From: Candidatus Aenigmatarchaeota archaeon
GTDB taxonomy: Archaea; Aenigmatarchaeota; Aenigmatarchaeia; CG10238-14; SCSR01
Length of the DNA: 64,000 nt
Reading direction: 5' to 3'
NCBI GenBank assembly: GCA_039090665.1
Contig: JAWCSL010000001.1
Span: 46,524-110,523 of the forward strand
The translations under genes were made by a program, and so were the position numbers. Shown in pieces: positions 1-8,456 of this stretch; position 1 is the stretch's first letter; every line of letters starts with the position of its first letter. The notes below the pieces were generated by a model. That model made no database searches. It had not been told where the DNA came from and saw nothing but the letters and a program-made list of their open reading frames with translations.

Positions 1-22
1 CCAGATGGGCAGTTCGGCTGGG

Positions 23-108
23 AGTCTAGAAGTCTAAATGAGGAGTCCCTTAAGTTATGATTTTTTATGATTAAGGGCATACGAACCGAAAGGCTTCTAG
101 ACCAGCAA
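23..108 (+). ncRNA. BHB rRNA intron 1 (86 nt) in the P-loop; contains a C/D-box-like guide RNA
   Basis: Central helix GCTG(17-20)/CAGC(103-106), bulges GGA and AAG, intron stem GTCTAGAAG/CTTCTAGAC; excision restores GGCTGGG|GCGG. Confidence 0.9.
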
Positions 109-163
109 GCGGTACGCCCTCGGTAAAGGATCGAGGGCGCCCAAAGGTCAGCTCATCCGGGTC

Positions 164-252
164 ATGGTAGAGTCTAGTAAATGATTGGACCGTTCCAGAA
201 TGATCTTAATGATTTCTGAGGTAGCTGATGAGAATAGGCTCTACCACCCGCA
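164..252 (+). ncRNA. BHB rRNA intron 2 (89 nt) in the helix-84 loop; contains a C/D-box-like guide RNA
   Basis: Helix CGGG(158-161)/CCCG(247-250), bulges TCA and CAA, stem TGGTAGAG/CTCTACCA; excision restores CGGGTC|AGAAATCCG. Confidence 0.9.
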
Positions 253-396
253 AGAAATCCGGAGTAGAGTGTAAGCGCAAAAGCTGGCCTGACTGGATTC
301 CGCAAAGCGAGGAATCCAGCCGCGAAAGCGTGGGCTAGCGATACTTCGGTTCCTCTTAATGGGGGCCGGAGGTATCAGAAAAGCTACCTCGGGGAT

Positions 397-450
397 AAAC
401 TAGCTAGGGCTGATTAAATTATTTTTCTTCATATCTAGCTAGTTCCCTAA
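397..450 (+). ncRNA. BHB rRNA intron 3 (54 nt) beside the A2450/A2451 equivalents
   Basis: Helix GGGG(391-394)/CCCT(445-448), bulges ATA and AAA, stem AACTAGCTAG/CTAGCTAGTT; excision gives GGGGAT|AATGGG, colinear with the consensus. Confidence 0.85.
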
Positions 451-478
451 AATGGGCCCGTGGCCGGCGAAAGCCCAC

Positions 479-549
479 TGCTCGAAGGGGTTTTTCGTCC
501 CAAAGATAGCGAGCCTCGGGTTCTGAACTCGAGCCCTTCGCGCGGGTAA
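479..549 (+). ncRNA. BHB rRNA intron 4 (71 nt) in the helix-89 loop
   Basis: Helix GCCC(473-476)/GGGT(544-547), bulges ACT and AAA, stem GCTCGAAGGG/CCCTTCGCGC; excision restores GCCCAC|ATTGACC. Confidence 0.88.
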
Positions 550-1105
550 ATTGACCCGGCGCGTTGGTGCGTCGATGTTGGCTCCCCCTCTCCTGGCCGT
601 GCAGCAGCGGCCAAGGGTACAGGTGCCCACTGGTTAAAAGGGGACGCTAGCTGAGTTCAGAACGTCGTGAGACAGTTCGGTCGCTATCTACAGGAGGTGC
701 TGGTCGTCTGACCGGAAGGAAGGGTTAGTACGAAAGGAACACCCTTCCGTGGCCTCTGGTCTACCGGTTGTCCATTTGGCATCGCCGGGCAGCCAAGCCA
801 TACGTGGATAAGAGCTGAATGCATCTAAGCTCGAAACCACCCGGAAAAATAGACGACCACTCTTGCTACTGGTGCGCAAGCATCGGTGGCAAGACGAAGG
901 CCCCTGTAGACTACAGGTTTGATAGGGGAGAGGTGTAAGCCTCAAGCTTTCGAGCGAGAGGCGAGCCTGCTCCTACTAAAAGCCTGAGTTGTTAGGCCTT
1001 GATAAGCTCCTTGATCCTGTGGTAGTGTGAAAAAATTCTGATTCTCCCAAAAATATATACTAGAGTAGAGAAAACTTATTTAATTGTCACTACATAGTAG
1101 TTATT

Positions 1106-1827
1106 ATGGAAATGGAAGAAGAATTCAATAAAAAACTTCGGGAAATAGGAAGGGCTTGTGGTAAGATAGCTTATGATATAAAAAACTTATACAAGGGTGA
1201 GGTGGAAAAAATTCTTTTTGTTGTTCCTTTGAGAGGAGGCTGGCCAATCTGGGAAGGTGTTTCTTACGGCTTGTATAAACAGTTAGGCAGTTTTGAAGCA
1301 GATGTTGTTTTTCTTCCTGCCACTTCAATAGTGGAAGAAAGAGACAAATTTATAGAAAATAGTTTGACACACTTGTTCAAAAAATTGTATCCTTGAAAGA
1401 AATTATAAGGCAGTAATAATTGTTGATGAAGCTGTAAGTGGATCTTCTTCAAAAATGGTTTTTGATAATGTGAAAAATTGTGTGAAAAATTATAAGCCAG
1501 AGTGGAAAAGGTTTTTATTGGAAAGATTTGAGTATTGAGCTTTATTTGGTTGCAGCAAATAAAGGAGAAAAACTAAATCCAAGAATTCGGAAGATGAGAA
1601 ATGTTTTGATATACCCAATTGAAGATAAAATCATAACAACAGACAATTCTGAAATTTATCCTATGGAGTATGTAACAGAAGTTGGAAGAAGGGGTAGTGA
1701 AGATGATAAAATTTATAGAGTTGTAAAGCCAGATGTTGTTTTTGAGAAAAATGAAGTTTGGAAGGAGATTGTTAAAGAAATAGAAAGAGGTGTTGATGAA
1801 TTTTTTGAAGCTCAAAACAAGAGTTAA
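1106..1827 (+). pseudogene. Phosphoribosyltransferase-like gene split by two +1 homopolymer frameshifts
   Basis: VPLRGG in ORF 1106-1396; the intervening frame reads KAVIIVDEAVSGSS (PRPP-loop-like); extra A at ~1379-1384 and extra T at ~1512-1516. Confidence 0.65.
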
Positions 1828-1876
1828 ACAAAAATTCTTCAAAATTTTTATTCTTGGTCATTGAAAGCTATCTCCC

Positions 1877-2590
1877 CTAAAAAATCGCAACAAAGCAGAA
1901 TCCAGAAAGGACAAGCAAATCAATGTGAAAAGGAATAAAAGAAGTTTTTATCAAGATTTGTCTTAAAGCATCGACACCATAAGTTAGCGGATCTAAAATA
2001 GAAGCAGTTTTCAACCAGTTTGGAGCTTGGTCCAAAGGATAGAAAGTAGCACTCAACAACATCAAAGGCATGATCAAAAAGTTCATTATCAAGCCAAATA
2101 CTTCCATTGTTTTGAGAAAAGAAGCTATTATCAGGCCTATGCTCACGAGACCAAGGGAAATTAAAACCATGATAAAAATTGATGAAAAGAATGTGGGAAA
2201 ATCAAGATTTATGCCGAAAAAGAAAGACGAACACAAAATCAAAATTCCTTGAATCAAAGCTATTGTACAACCGCCTAAAGCCTTGCCCAAGAAGATCGAA
2301 ATCCTGCTCACAGGCGCTACCAAAATTTCTTTCAAAAATCCAAATTCTCTGTCCCAAATCACAGAAATCCCTGTTGCTATAGAAATCCCAACTAGCGAGA
2401 TTGCAACTATCCCAGGAAAAAGAAAAGTTTGGTAGTTTAGATTGCTAATTTTCACAAAGCCAAAACCACTTCCAAGAACTATGAGAAAAAGAATTGGTTG
2501 AAGAAAAGAACTTACCACTCTAACTTTATCTCTTGTATACTTTTTAAGTTCTCTCCACCAAATCCAATAAATCGCTTCAAGCTCTCTCAT
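1877..2590 (-). CDS. ABC-2 type transporter permease (DrrB-like); C-terminus probably clipped by a 1-nt slip in a T-run
   Basis: Multi-TM protein, DREFGFLKEILVAP motif, overlaps the ATPase stop; one extra T would extend it with LGEIAFNDQE to ~1848. Confidence 0.9.
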   Translation of the reverse strand: MRELEAIYWIWWRELKKYTRDKVRVVSSFLQPILFLIVLGSGFGFVKISNLNYQTFLFPGIVAISLVGISIATGISVIWDREFGFLKEILVAPVSRISIFLGKALGGCTIALIQGILILCSSFFFGINLDFPTFFSSIFIMVLISLGLVSIGLIIASFLKTMEVFGLIMNFLIMPLMLLSATFYPLDQAPNWLKTASILDPLTYGVDALRQILIKTSFIPFHIDLLVLSGFCFVAIF

Positions 2591-3524
2591 AATTTCTTTC
2601 CCTGATTTCTTTACCAGTGTAATGCAAGAAAACATCTTCCAATCTTGGTTTTCTTATGTTTATTGAACTGACTTTTATTCCTTCCTTTTCGGCAAAGCTG
2701 AGAAGTTTGGGAACAAACTTGTCAGCATCTTTAACTGTTATGTGGATTTTTTTCTCGAGAATGTGAAAATTTTTCACTTCTTTCAACTCTCTTAATTTTC
2801 CCAAATTTTCAGTATTTTCGACTTCAAGAGTTATGACATCACCTTCCAAACTTTTCTTTAAATTTTCAGGAGTATCCAAAACTTTTATTTCTCCTTTGTC
2901 GATTATGGCAACCCTGTTGCAAAGGAAGTCAGCTTCTTCCATGTAATGAGTTGTTAAGAAAATTGTTATGTTTTCCTTTTCTACAAGCTTCTTTATGTAT
3001 TCCCAAATATGTTCTCTTGTTTGTGGGTCTAAGCCTAGAGTTGGCTCATCCAAAAATAAAACTTTTGGGTAGTGAATCAAACCTCTTGCTATCTCAAGCC
3101 TTCTCTTCATTCCTCCTGAAAATTTTTTCACGATTTCATTTTGCTTTTCAGCAAGACCAACAAGCTCTAAGACTTCATCTATCCTTTTCTTTCTCTCAGC
3201 TTTAGGTACTCCATACAAGCCCGCGTGCATTTCCAGATTTTCTCTTGCAGTAAGTCTATCTTCCAAGCTAGGATCTTGAAATACTATTCCTATTGATTTT
3301 CTAACTTGATCTTTTTCCTTAATGATATCAAAACCATTAACTTTTGCTGTCCCGCTTGTTGGCTTCAATATCGTGCAAAGCATGGAGATGAAAGTTGTCT
3401 TGCCTGCACCATTCGGTCCAAGCAAGCCGAAAATTTCACCTTGATTGATTTGTATGCTCACATTGTTTACAGCTCTCAAGCCATTGAAATCTTTTGTTAA
3501 GTTGAAAGTTTCTATTGCAAACAT
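2577..3524 (-). CDS. ABC transporter ATP-binding protein (DrrA-like)
   Basis: GPNGAGKT, FSGGMKRR, LFLDEPT. Confidence 0.95.
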   Translation of the reverse strand: MFAIETFNLTKDFNGLRAVNNVSIQINQGEIFGLLGPNGAGKTTFISMLCTILKPTSGTAKVNGFDIIKEKDQVRKSIGIVFQDPSLEDRLTARENLEMHAGLYGVPKAERKKRIDEVLELVGLAEKQNEIVKKFSGGMKRRLEIARGLIHYPKVLFLDEPTLGLDPQTREHIWEYIKKLVEKENITIFLTTHYMEEADFLCNRVAIIDKGEIKVLDTPENLKKSLEGDVITLEVENTENLGKLRELKEVKNFHILEKKIHITVKDADKFVPKLLSFAEKEGIKVSSINIRKPRLEDVFLHYTGKEIRERNYERA

Positions 3525-3594
3525 CTTTCTCACTTTCAATAGGAATGAATTTTTATTTTATTTAAGTTTAAAAATTGCTTCCCAAATTTATTTT

Positions 3595-4431
3595 ATGAAA
3601 ATCATTTTCTCTGAAAAATGTTTAGAATATTCTGACTTTCATATAGAAAGCCCTGAAAGGGTGAGAAAAGCTTACGAAATTTTAAGAGAAGCGGGATATG
3701 AATTTCTTGAACCAGAGCCTGCATCTGAAGAAGACATTTTAAGAGTTCATACTAAGGAACATTTGGAAAGAATTAAAACTGGAAATTTTTTTGATCCAGA
3801 CACTCCTGCTTACAATAACATTTATGAGTATGCGAGATTAGCGGCAGGAGGAGCGATTCTTGCTGCAAAAGTAAAAGGCTTTTCTTTAATGCGTCCTCCA
3901 GGACATCATGCTGGCAAGAATGGAAAAGCCCTGGGTGCTTCAACTTTAGGTTTTTGCTATTTCAACAACATTGCAATTGCTGTAAGAGCTTTGGGCAAAT
4001 CAACGCTTATAATTGATATAGATGGCCATCACGGCAATGGTACTCAAGAAATTTTCTTCAAAGACCCAAAAGTTACTTACATTTCTTTACATTGTTCTCC
4101 CCTTTATCCAGGTACAGGTAAATATTCTGAAGAAAATTGCTTTAACTTTCCTTTGTCTGCAGATGTGGGAGAAAAGAAATATTTACAAACTCTTAAACTG
4201 GCTTTATCCAAAGTTGAAAAAAGAAATTTTGAGGTTATAGCAATCTCTGCGGGTTTTGATTGTCATGCTGGAGACATAGCTTCTTTGGGTTTGACTTCTA
4301 AATCTTTCAGGAAAATTGGAGAAATGATAAAGAAATTGGAGAGACCAGTTTTTGGTGTTTTAGAGGGTGGTTACATAGGAGAAAATGTGGGAAAAGATTT
4401 AAATGAACTTTTAAAGGGATTGGAAGCTTGA
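3595..4431 (+). CDS. Histone deacetylase / acetylpolyamine amidohydrolase family protein
   Basis: RPPGHHA, GFCYFNN, DIDGHHGNGTQ, SAGFD, LEGGY; start moved to ATG 3595. Confidence 0.93.
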   Translation: MKIIFSEKCLEYSDFHIESPERVRKAYEILREAGYEFLEPEPASEEDILRVHTKEHLERIKTGNFFDPDTPAYNNIYEYARLAAGGAILAAKVKGFSLMRPPGHHAGKNGKALGASTLGFCYFNNIAIAVRALGKSTLIIDIDGHHGNGTQEIFFKDPKVTYISLHCSPLYPGTGKYSEENCFNFPLSADVGEKKYLQTLKLALSKVEKRNFEVIAISAGFDCHAGDIASLGLTSKSFRKIGEMIKKLERPVFGVLEGGYIGENVGKDLNELLKGLEA

Positions 4432-4433
4432 AT

Positions 4434-4823
4434 TCATTTCAATTCCTTTAAAGTTCTTATTCCAACAATTTCAAAATAATCCACTTCTTCCCCTTGTTTT
4501 ATTTTTTCTTTTCTTTCTTCAGGAATCTCGAGCTCAAAAACTTCAAAAGTTGTTAAATCCATGAGCTGAGCCTTTTCACCAAGAATTGCAACAACCTGAG
4601 CTTTCTTCTTCTCCAGAATTGGAACTTCCACTGTTTCGTCAGCTGGTTTTACTATGCTTCTTCTCTTGTTGTCCAAAAGACCGATTGCTTCCACTCTAGC
4701 TTTGGCTGCCCCATGCTTGCCAGATTTGCTAACATCAACTCTCTCCACTCTACAAGGAACATCATCTATCAAAATGAAGCCATTTGGTTTAAGATCTTTT
4801 ATCACGGCTGTGGTTTTTGCCAT
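4434..4823 (-). CDS. eif5a: Translation factor aIF5A
   Basis: Hypusine motif SKSGKHGAAK. Confidence 0.95.
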   Translation of the reverse strand: MAKTTAVIKDLKPNGFILIDDVPCRVERVDVSKSGKHGAAKARVEAIGLLDNKRRSIVKPADETVEVPILEKKKAQVVAILGEKAQLMDLTTFEVFELEIPEERKEKIKQGEEVDYFEIVGIRTLKELK

Positions 4824-4956
4824 CAAACTTCACCTTCATAATAATTTGAGCAAAGGAATATAAATTTCTAAGGTCTTAAAAGTTTAATTCATGATTGGAA
4901 AATTTATTGTCGCCTGTTGATAAAAGCATAAATATTTTAATGTTTCACAAATTTTT

Positions 4957-5388
4957 ATGTCAAATGAAGATTTGATTGTTATACCTATTGAGATCAATTT
5001 CCCAGATTTTTATAATAAATATTTTAGCAGTGTGCCAGATCCTAAAAAGAATGTAAAAAGAGGCCAACCATATATTGCTTATCGCGATGAAGAGAGAAAT
5101 TCTTGCGAAATATCATTTACTTACATCATAAAAAAGGAAATGCGCGTGATCTTTACACTTCAGTTTGAAAAAGAAGACAATTCATATAAAGGAAGAATTT
5201 CTCAAACAGATGTTGCTCTACTTAAAGTAGAAAGAAATAGCTTGGAAAATAAATGGAGAGGAAGCCTGGAAAAAGCAAAAAATAATCAAGAGACCAAGGA
5301 TGCTGTAGAGTCTTTTCTTCATGACATCAATAAAATTAGAGAAGAGTTACAGCGACAATATTCACCTTCAACCAAACATTTATTCTAA
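4957..5388 (+). CDS. Hypothetical protein
   Basis: 143-aa ORF filling an intergenic gap, TATA-like element upstream. Confidence 0.6.
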   Translation: MSNEDLIVIPIEINFPDFYNKYFSSVPDPKKNVKRGQPYIAYRDEERNSCEISFTYIIKKEMRVIFTLQFEKEDNSYKGRISQTDVALLKVERNSLENKWRGSLEKAKNNQETKDAVESFLHDINKIREELQRQYSPSTKHLF

Positions 5389-5417
5389 AAATTTTTTGTT
5401 AAAAGAAGGATTGCCCT

Positions 5418-5630
5418 CTATCTGATAGCCATTTGCACATCTTCTCTCCTTACAGTAACACGCTTGGCATGTCTTGCTGCAACCAAAGCATCTAAAGCAA
5501 TTTTTTCAGCCATCTCAAGCATGATGTTCTTGAGCTCTATCACGGCTGACTCAGAGACCCTATCAGCCCCTACCTCTTTCCCTGCCTTTTTCAAAATCTT
5601 CTCTAATGGGAAGAGTGGAAAATCTTTCAT
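5418..5630 (-). CDS. Archaeal histone
   Basis: GADRVSESA...ARHAKRVTVRREDV histone-fold signature. Confidence 0.92.
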   Translation of the reverse strand: MKDFPLFPLEKILKKAGKEVGADRVSESAVIELKNIMLEMAEKIALDALVAARHAKRVTVRREDVQMAIR

Positions 5631-5674
5631 ATTAATTCTGTTTATTTTATTTTGCATTTTTATTATTTATTGTT

Positions 5675-6142
5675 ATGAGAGCAGTGCTAGATACTTCTGC
5701 AATAATTTATCTTCAAGATTTTCGAAAGTTTGATGAAATTTTCATCCCCCCTTCAGTGATAGAAGAAGTTAAAGACAAGCTTTCCACCATGAAACTTGAA
5801 GCTATGGAATCAAAAATAGTCGAGCCTGAAGAAAGTTTTGTTGAAGAAGTAAAAAGAGTAGCCAATAAGACAGGGGATTTGGAAAAGCTTTCTAAAACAG
5901 ACATTCAAGTTTTGGCTTTGGCCAAGCAAGTTGAAGCTGTTTTAGTTTCTGATGACTACAACATTCAAAATGTGGCAAAAAAGCTTGGAATAAAATACAT
6001 CACACTCTTCGGCAAAGGAATCAAAAAACTCTATTTTTGGAAAAAATATTGCCCTGCTTGCAAAAAATATTTCAAAAAAGATTTGAAAGAGTGTCTTGTT
6101 TGTGGAACCAAGCTGAAAAGAGTGCCAAAAAAATCAAACTAA
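5675..6142 (+). CDS. nob1: Nob1-family PIN endonuclease with Zn ribbon
   Basis: VLDTSA, LSKTDIQVLALA, SDDYNIQNVA, CPAC...CLVCG. Confidence 0.9.
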   Translation: MRAVLDTSAIIYLQDFRKFDEIFIPPSVIEEVKDKLSTMKLEAMESKIVEPEESFVEEVKRVANKTGDLEKLSKTDIQVLALAKQVEAVLVSDDYNIQNVAKKLGIKYITLFGKGIKKLYFWKKYCPACKKYFKKDLKECLVCGTKLKRVPKKSN

Positions 6143-6591
6143 ATCAACCAAAAAATCAAACCAATCAAACCCAAAATTATTAGCAAAATTCCAATAAATT
6201 TTGCGAGTTTTGCTACCAGAACCAAAATAATCCCAAAGATTAAAAGCAAAATAGGATTTGGAGCAATGATGCTGAAGAACACGCTTTTTATTTTATTTAT
6301 TTTGGGTTGTTCTGCAAAAGCTGTCTTGTTTGAATAACCCCATTGACATTTGTTGTTTATACACTGGCAAGTTAAGTTGTAGTTCTTTGCTATGTAGCAT
6401 TCTCTAAATTCACAAGTTGTTATAGTCCCTTCATTTACCCTTTCACAAACTTGTCCGCTACATCCACCCACTTGACAATCAGAATCTTTTGAGCAAGAGC
6501 TGTAAGTGGACCAGCCGCAAAAAGGTTGAAGAGCTGTGGTTGCTTGAGTTAAAAAAAGTAATGCAATTGTAAGCATTATCAACCTTTCCAT
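6139..6591 (-). CDS. Secreted/membrane-anchored eight-cysteine-cluster domain protein
   Basis: Signal peptide, FCGWST..C..DSDC..GGCSGQVC...TTCE...C.CINNKCQW, two C-terminal TM helices. Confidence 0.8.
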   Translation of the reverse strand: MERLIMLTIALLFLTQATTALQPFCGWSTYSSCSKDSDCQVGGCSGQVCERVNEGTITTCEFRECYIAKNYNLTCQCINNKCQWGYSNKTAFAEQPKINKIKSVFFSIIAPNPILLLIFGIILVLVAKLAKFIGILLIILGLIGLIFWLI

Positions 6592-6694
6592 AATATTGAA
6601 TTTAATTTTTTTGGATATAAAGATGGGGTAGAAAAGCTTTAAAAATATAACGCCTAGATTTACTCTAAGCACAAAAAATAAATAGGTGAAAAGT

Positions 6695-7897
6695 ATGAAT
6701 GTTCTGGTCTTAGGATGTGGTGCTGTAGGTTCTTCAATAATAAGGCTTTTACTTAAAGAGAAATTTATAGATGAAATTTTATGTGTAGCAAAAGACAAAA
6801 AAACAGCAAAAGATTTCTTACTTCAAAACTTCAAGGATATAGAGTTTAAAGTCGCTGATGCTCTTGATTTCAGCGAAATTAAAAACCTGTTACAAAAGTC
6901 AGATTTTGTGATAAATGCTTTACCAAGCTACTTGGAAGTTGCAGGTAAGAACATACTAGTTAACTTGAAAATTTTGGAATTTTGTTTGAAAGTTGGTGTC
7001 AATTACCTTGATTTTGCTTGCTATGGTGATGAAAAGAGAAAAATTGCAGAGCAACTCTTGATGGCCAAGAAATTTGAAAAAGAGAAGCTTTTTGCTTTGA
7101 TAAATGCTGGAATATGCCCGGGCTTGTCCAACCTTCTTGCAAAAGAGAGTAGCGAGGAATTTGAGTACTTGGAAAGTATAAAGATAAGGACTTTAGAAGA
7201 TCAGAGAGGACTAGAATTTGTTTTGCCTTGGTCTAAAGAAGGTCTGTTTGATGTGGCTTCCAAAGTTTTGGTCTACAGAAACTACAAGTTCTTCTTTAAA
7301 GAACCTTTCACAGAAAGGGAGAATTATGATTATCCTTCTTTCGGAAAAATTTCTTGCTATTTACTTTCGCATGACGAGGTTTACACTTTACCACACTTCA
7401 TCAAAGTGAGAAATGTGGATGTGAAAGGCGGAGGAAGCGATATAGAAATTTTATTTGCTCTCTACAAGCTTGGAATTTTGGAAGATGAGAAAGTTAGAGT
7501 TGGAAAGTTCAGGATTTCACCAAAGAAATTCGTTTATTCCATAGTCAAGGGCACACCAACAACAAAAGAGTTTGTGAAGATAATTGAAAGTGGAATAATA
7601 GAAGATGCTTTTTTTGGTCTATTTGTGGATTGTAAAGGATATAGAAAGAACAACAGAATTTTAGTCAGGAATTATGTCACTTTTTCTCAAAAGATGATAA
7701 ACAAAAAGCTTTACGGCACAAACTACATTTCTTATCCTACAGCTCTTTCTTCCGTGATTTTCTTGAAGTCTGTCCACAAAAGAAGGCTGTATGGAGTTTT
7801 GCCACCAGAAGCTTTGCCAAAAGCAGCGAGAAAGAAATTTTTGAATGAATTGGAGAGAAAAGACATAATACTGAATGAAGAATACAAGAAATTGTAA
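6695..7897 (+). CDS. Saccharopine dehydrogenase / carboxy(nor)spermidine dehydrogenase-like oxidoreductase
   Basis: GCGAVG Rossmann motif, NYLDFA, AGICPGLSN, HDEV, GVLPPE. Confidence 0.85.
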   Translation: MNVLVLGCGAVGSSIIRLLLKEKFIDEILCVAKDKKTAKDFLLQNFKDIEFKVADALDFSEIKNLLQKSDFVINALPSYLEVAGKNILVNLKILEFCLKVGVNYLDFACYGDEKRKIAEQLLMAKKFEKEKLFALINAGICPGLSNLLAKESSEEFEYLESIKIRTLEDQRGLEFVLPWSKEGLFDVASKVLVYRNYKFFFKEPFTERENYDYPSFGKISCYLLSHDEVYTLPHFIKVRNVDVKGGGSDIEILFALYKLGILEDEKVRVGKFRISPKKFVYSIVKGTPTTKEFVKIIESGIIEDAFFGLFVDCKGYRKNNRILVRNYVTFSQKMINKKLYGTNYISYPTALSSVIFLKSVHKRRLYGVLPPEALPKAARKKFLNELERKDIILNEEYKKL

Positions 7898-7901
7898 AAG
7901 A

Positions 7902-8312
7902 TTAAAAGAAGATCTTTGATGATGTTGTTATATCTTTTATTATAGTTGCCGGTTCTCCTTCTTTAATTTTATGTTCTTCAAATACAGAATAGCTAAGAAA
8001 TATCGCGTTTTTTTCTTCTTTTAGTAGATCTCGGTAATACTTGATGATCCGTATGTTCATCCCCACAAGCAGACCTTCAAGCTTAACTTTGTTTTTATGT
8101 GTCAATAATTTACAATTGATAACTGGATGTAAGGATTCTGAAGTAGCTAATTTTTTGAAGAAGTAACTATTAGTTAACATCAATTTTTCTCCAAATTCTT
8201 CATAAAGTTGTTGAATATTTTCATCTTTGAAAGTTTGGATTATTTTTTCTGTCGATTGGAACACGGAAGCAAGATATATTTGTGAATTTATCTTGGTCAA
8301 ATCAAGTCTCAT
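7902..8312 (-). CDS. Hypothetical protein
   Basis: ORF filling the gap between SDH-like gene and tfb. Confidence 0.55.
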   Translation of the reverse strand: MRLDLTKINSQIYLASVFQSTEKIIQTFKDENIQQLYEEFGEKLMLTNSYFFKKLATSESLHPVINCKLLTHKNKVKLEGLLVGMNIRIIKYYRDLLKEEKNAIFLSYSVFEEHKIKEGEPATIIKDITTSSKIFF

Positions 8313-8456
8313 CAACAAAAAATTTGTTATTAAAAATTTTATCAATTTATGTTCTTTCCACTTTTAGGCTAATTTCAAAAACGATAACTTTAAATACTTA
8401 TTGGTACAACATTTTTATAAGTTTTGAATTAAAGTTTCACCAAAGAGTGATAAAAA

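Larger units (their letters stand above)
1..995 (+). rRNA. rrl: 23S rRNA gene, 3' part (domains V-VI), interrupted by four introns; 3' end approximate; no 5S gene follows
   Basis: After intron removal the conserved motifs are restored: P-loop GGCTGGGGCGG, GAAAAGCTACCTCGGGGATAA, GTCGATGTTGGCTC, GAACGTCGTGAGACAGTTCGG, sarcin-ricin loop AGTACGAAAGGAAC (727-740), GCTGAATGCATCTAAG. Confidence 0.97.

Noticed and set aside
861..894. Hairpin TCTTGCTACTGGTGC-GCAA-GCATCGGTGGCAAGA as a fifth intron
   Set aside because: No BHB flanks; sits at the variable helix-98 position, so probably an expansion segment
439..945. ORFs 439-630 and 688-945 on the minus strand
   Set aside because: Antisense to 23S rRNA; no protein features
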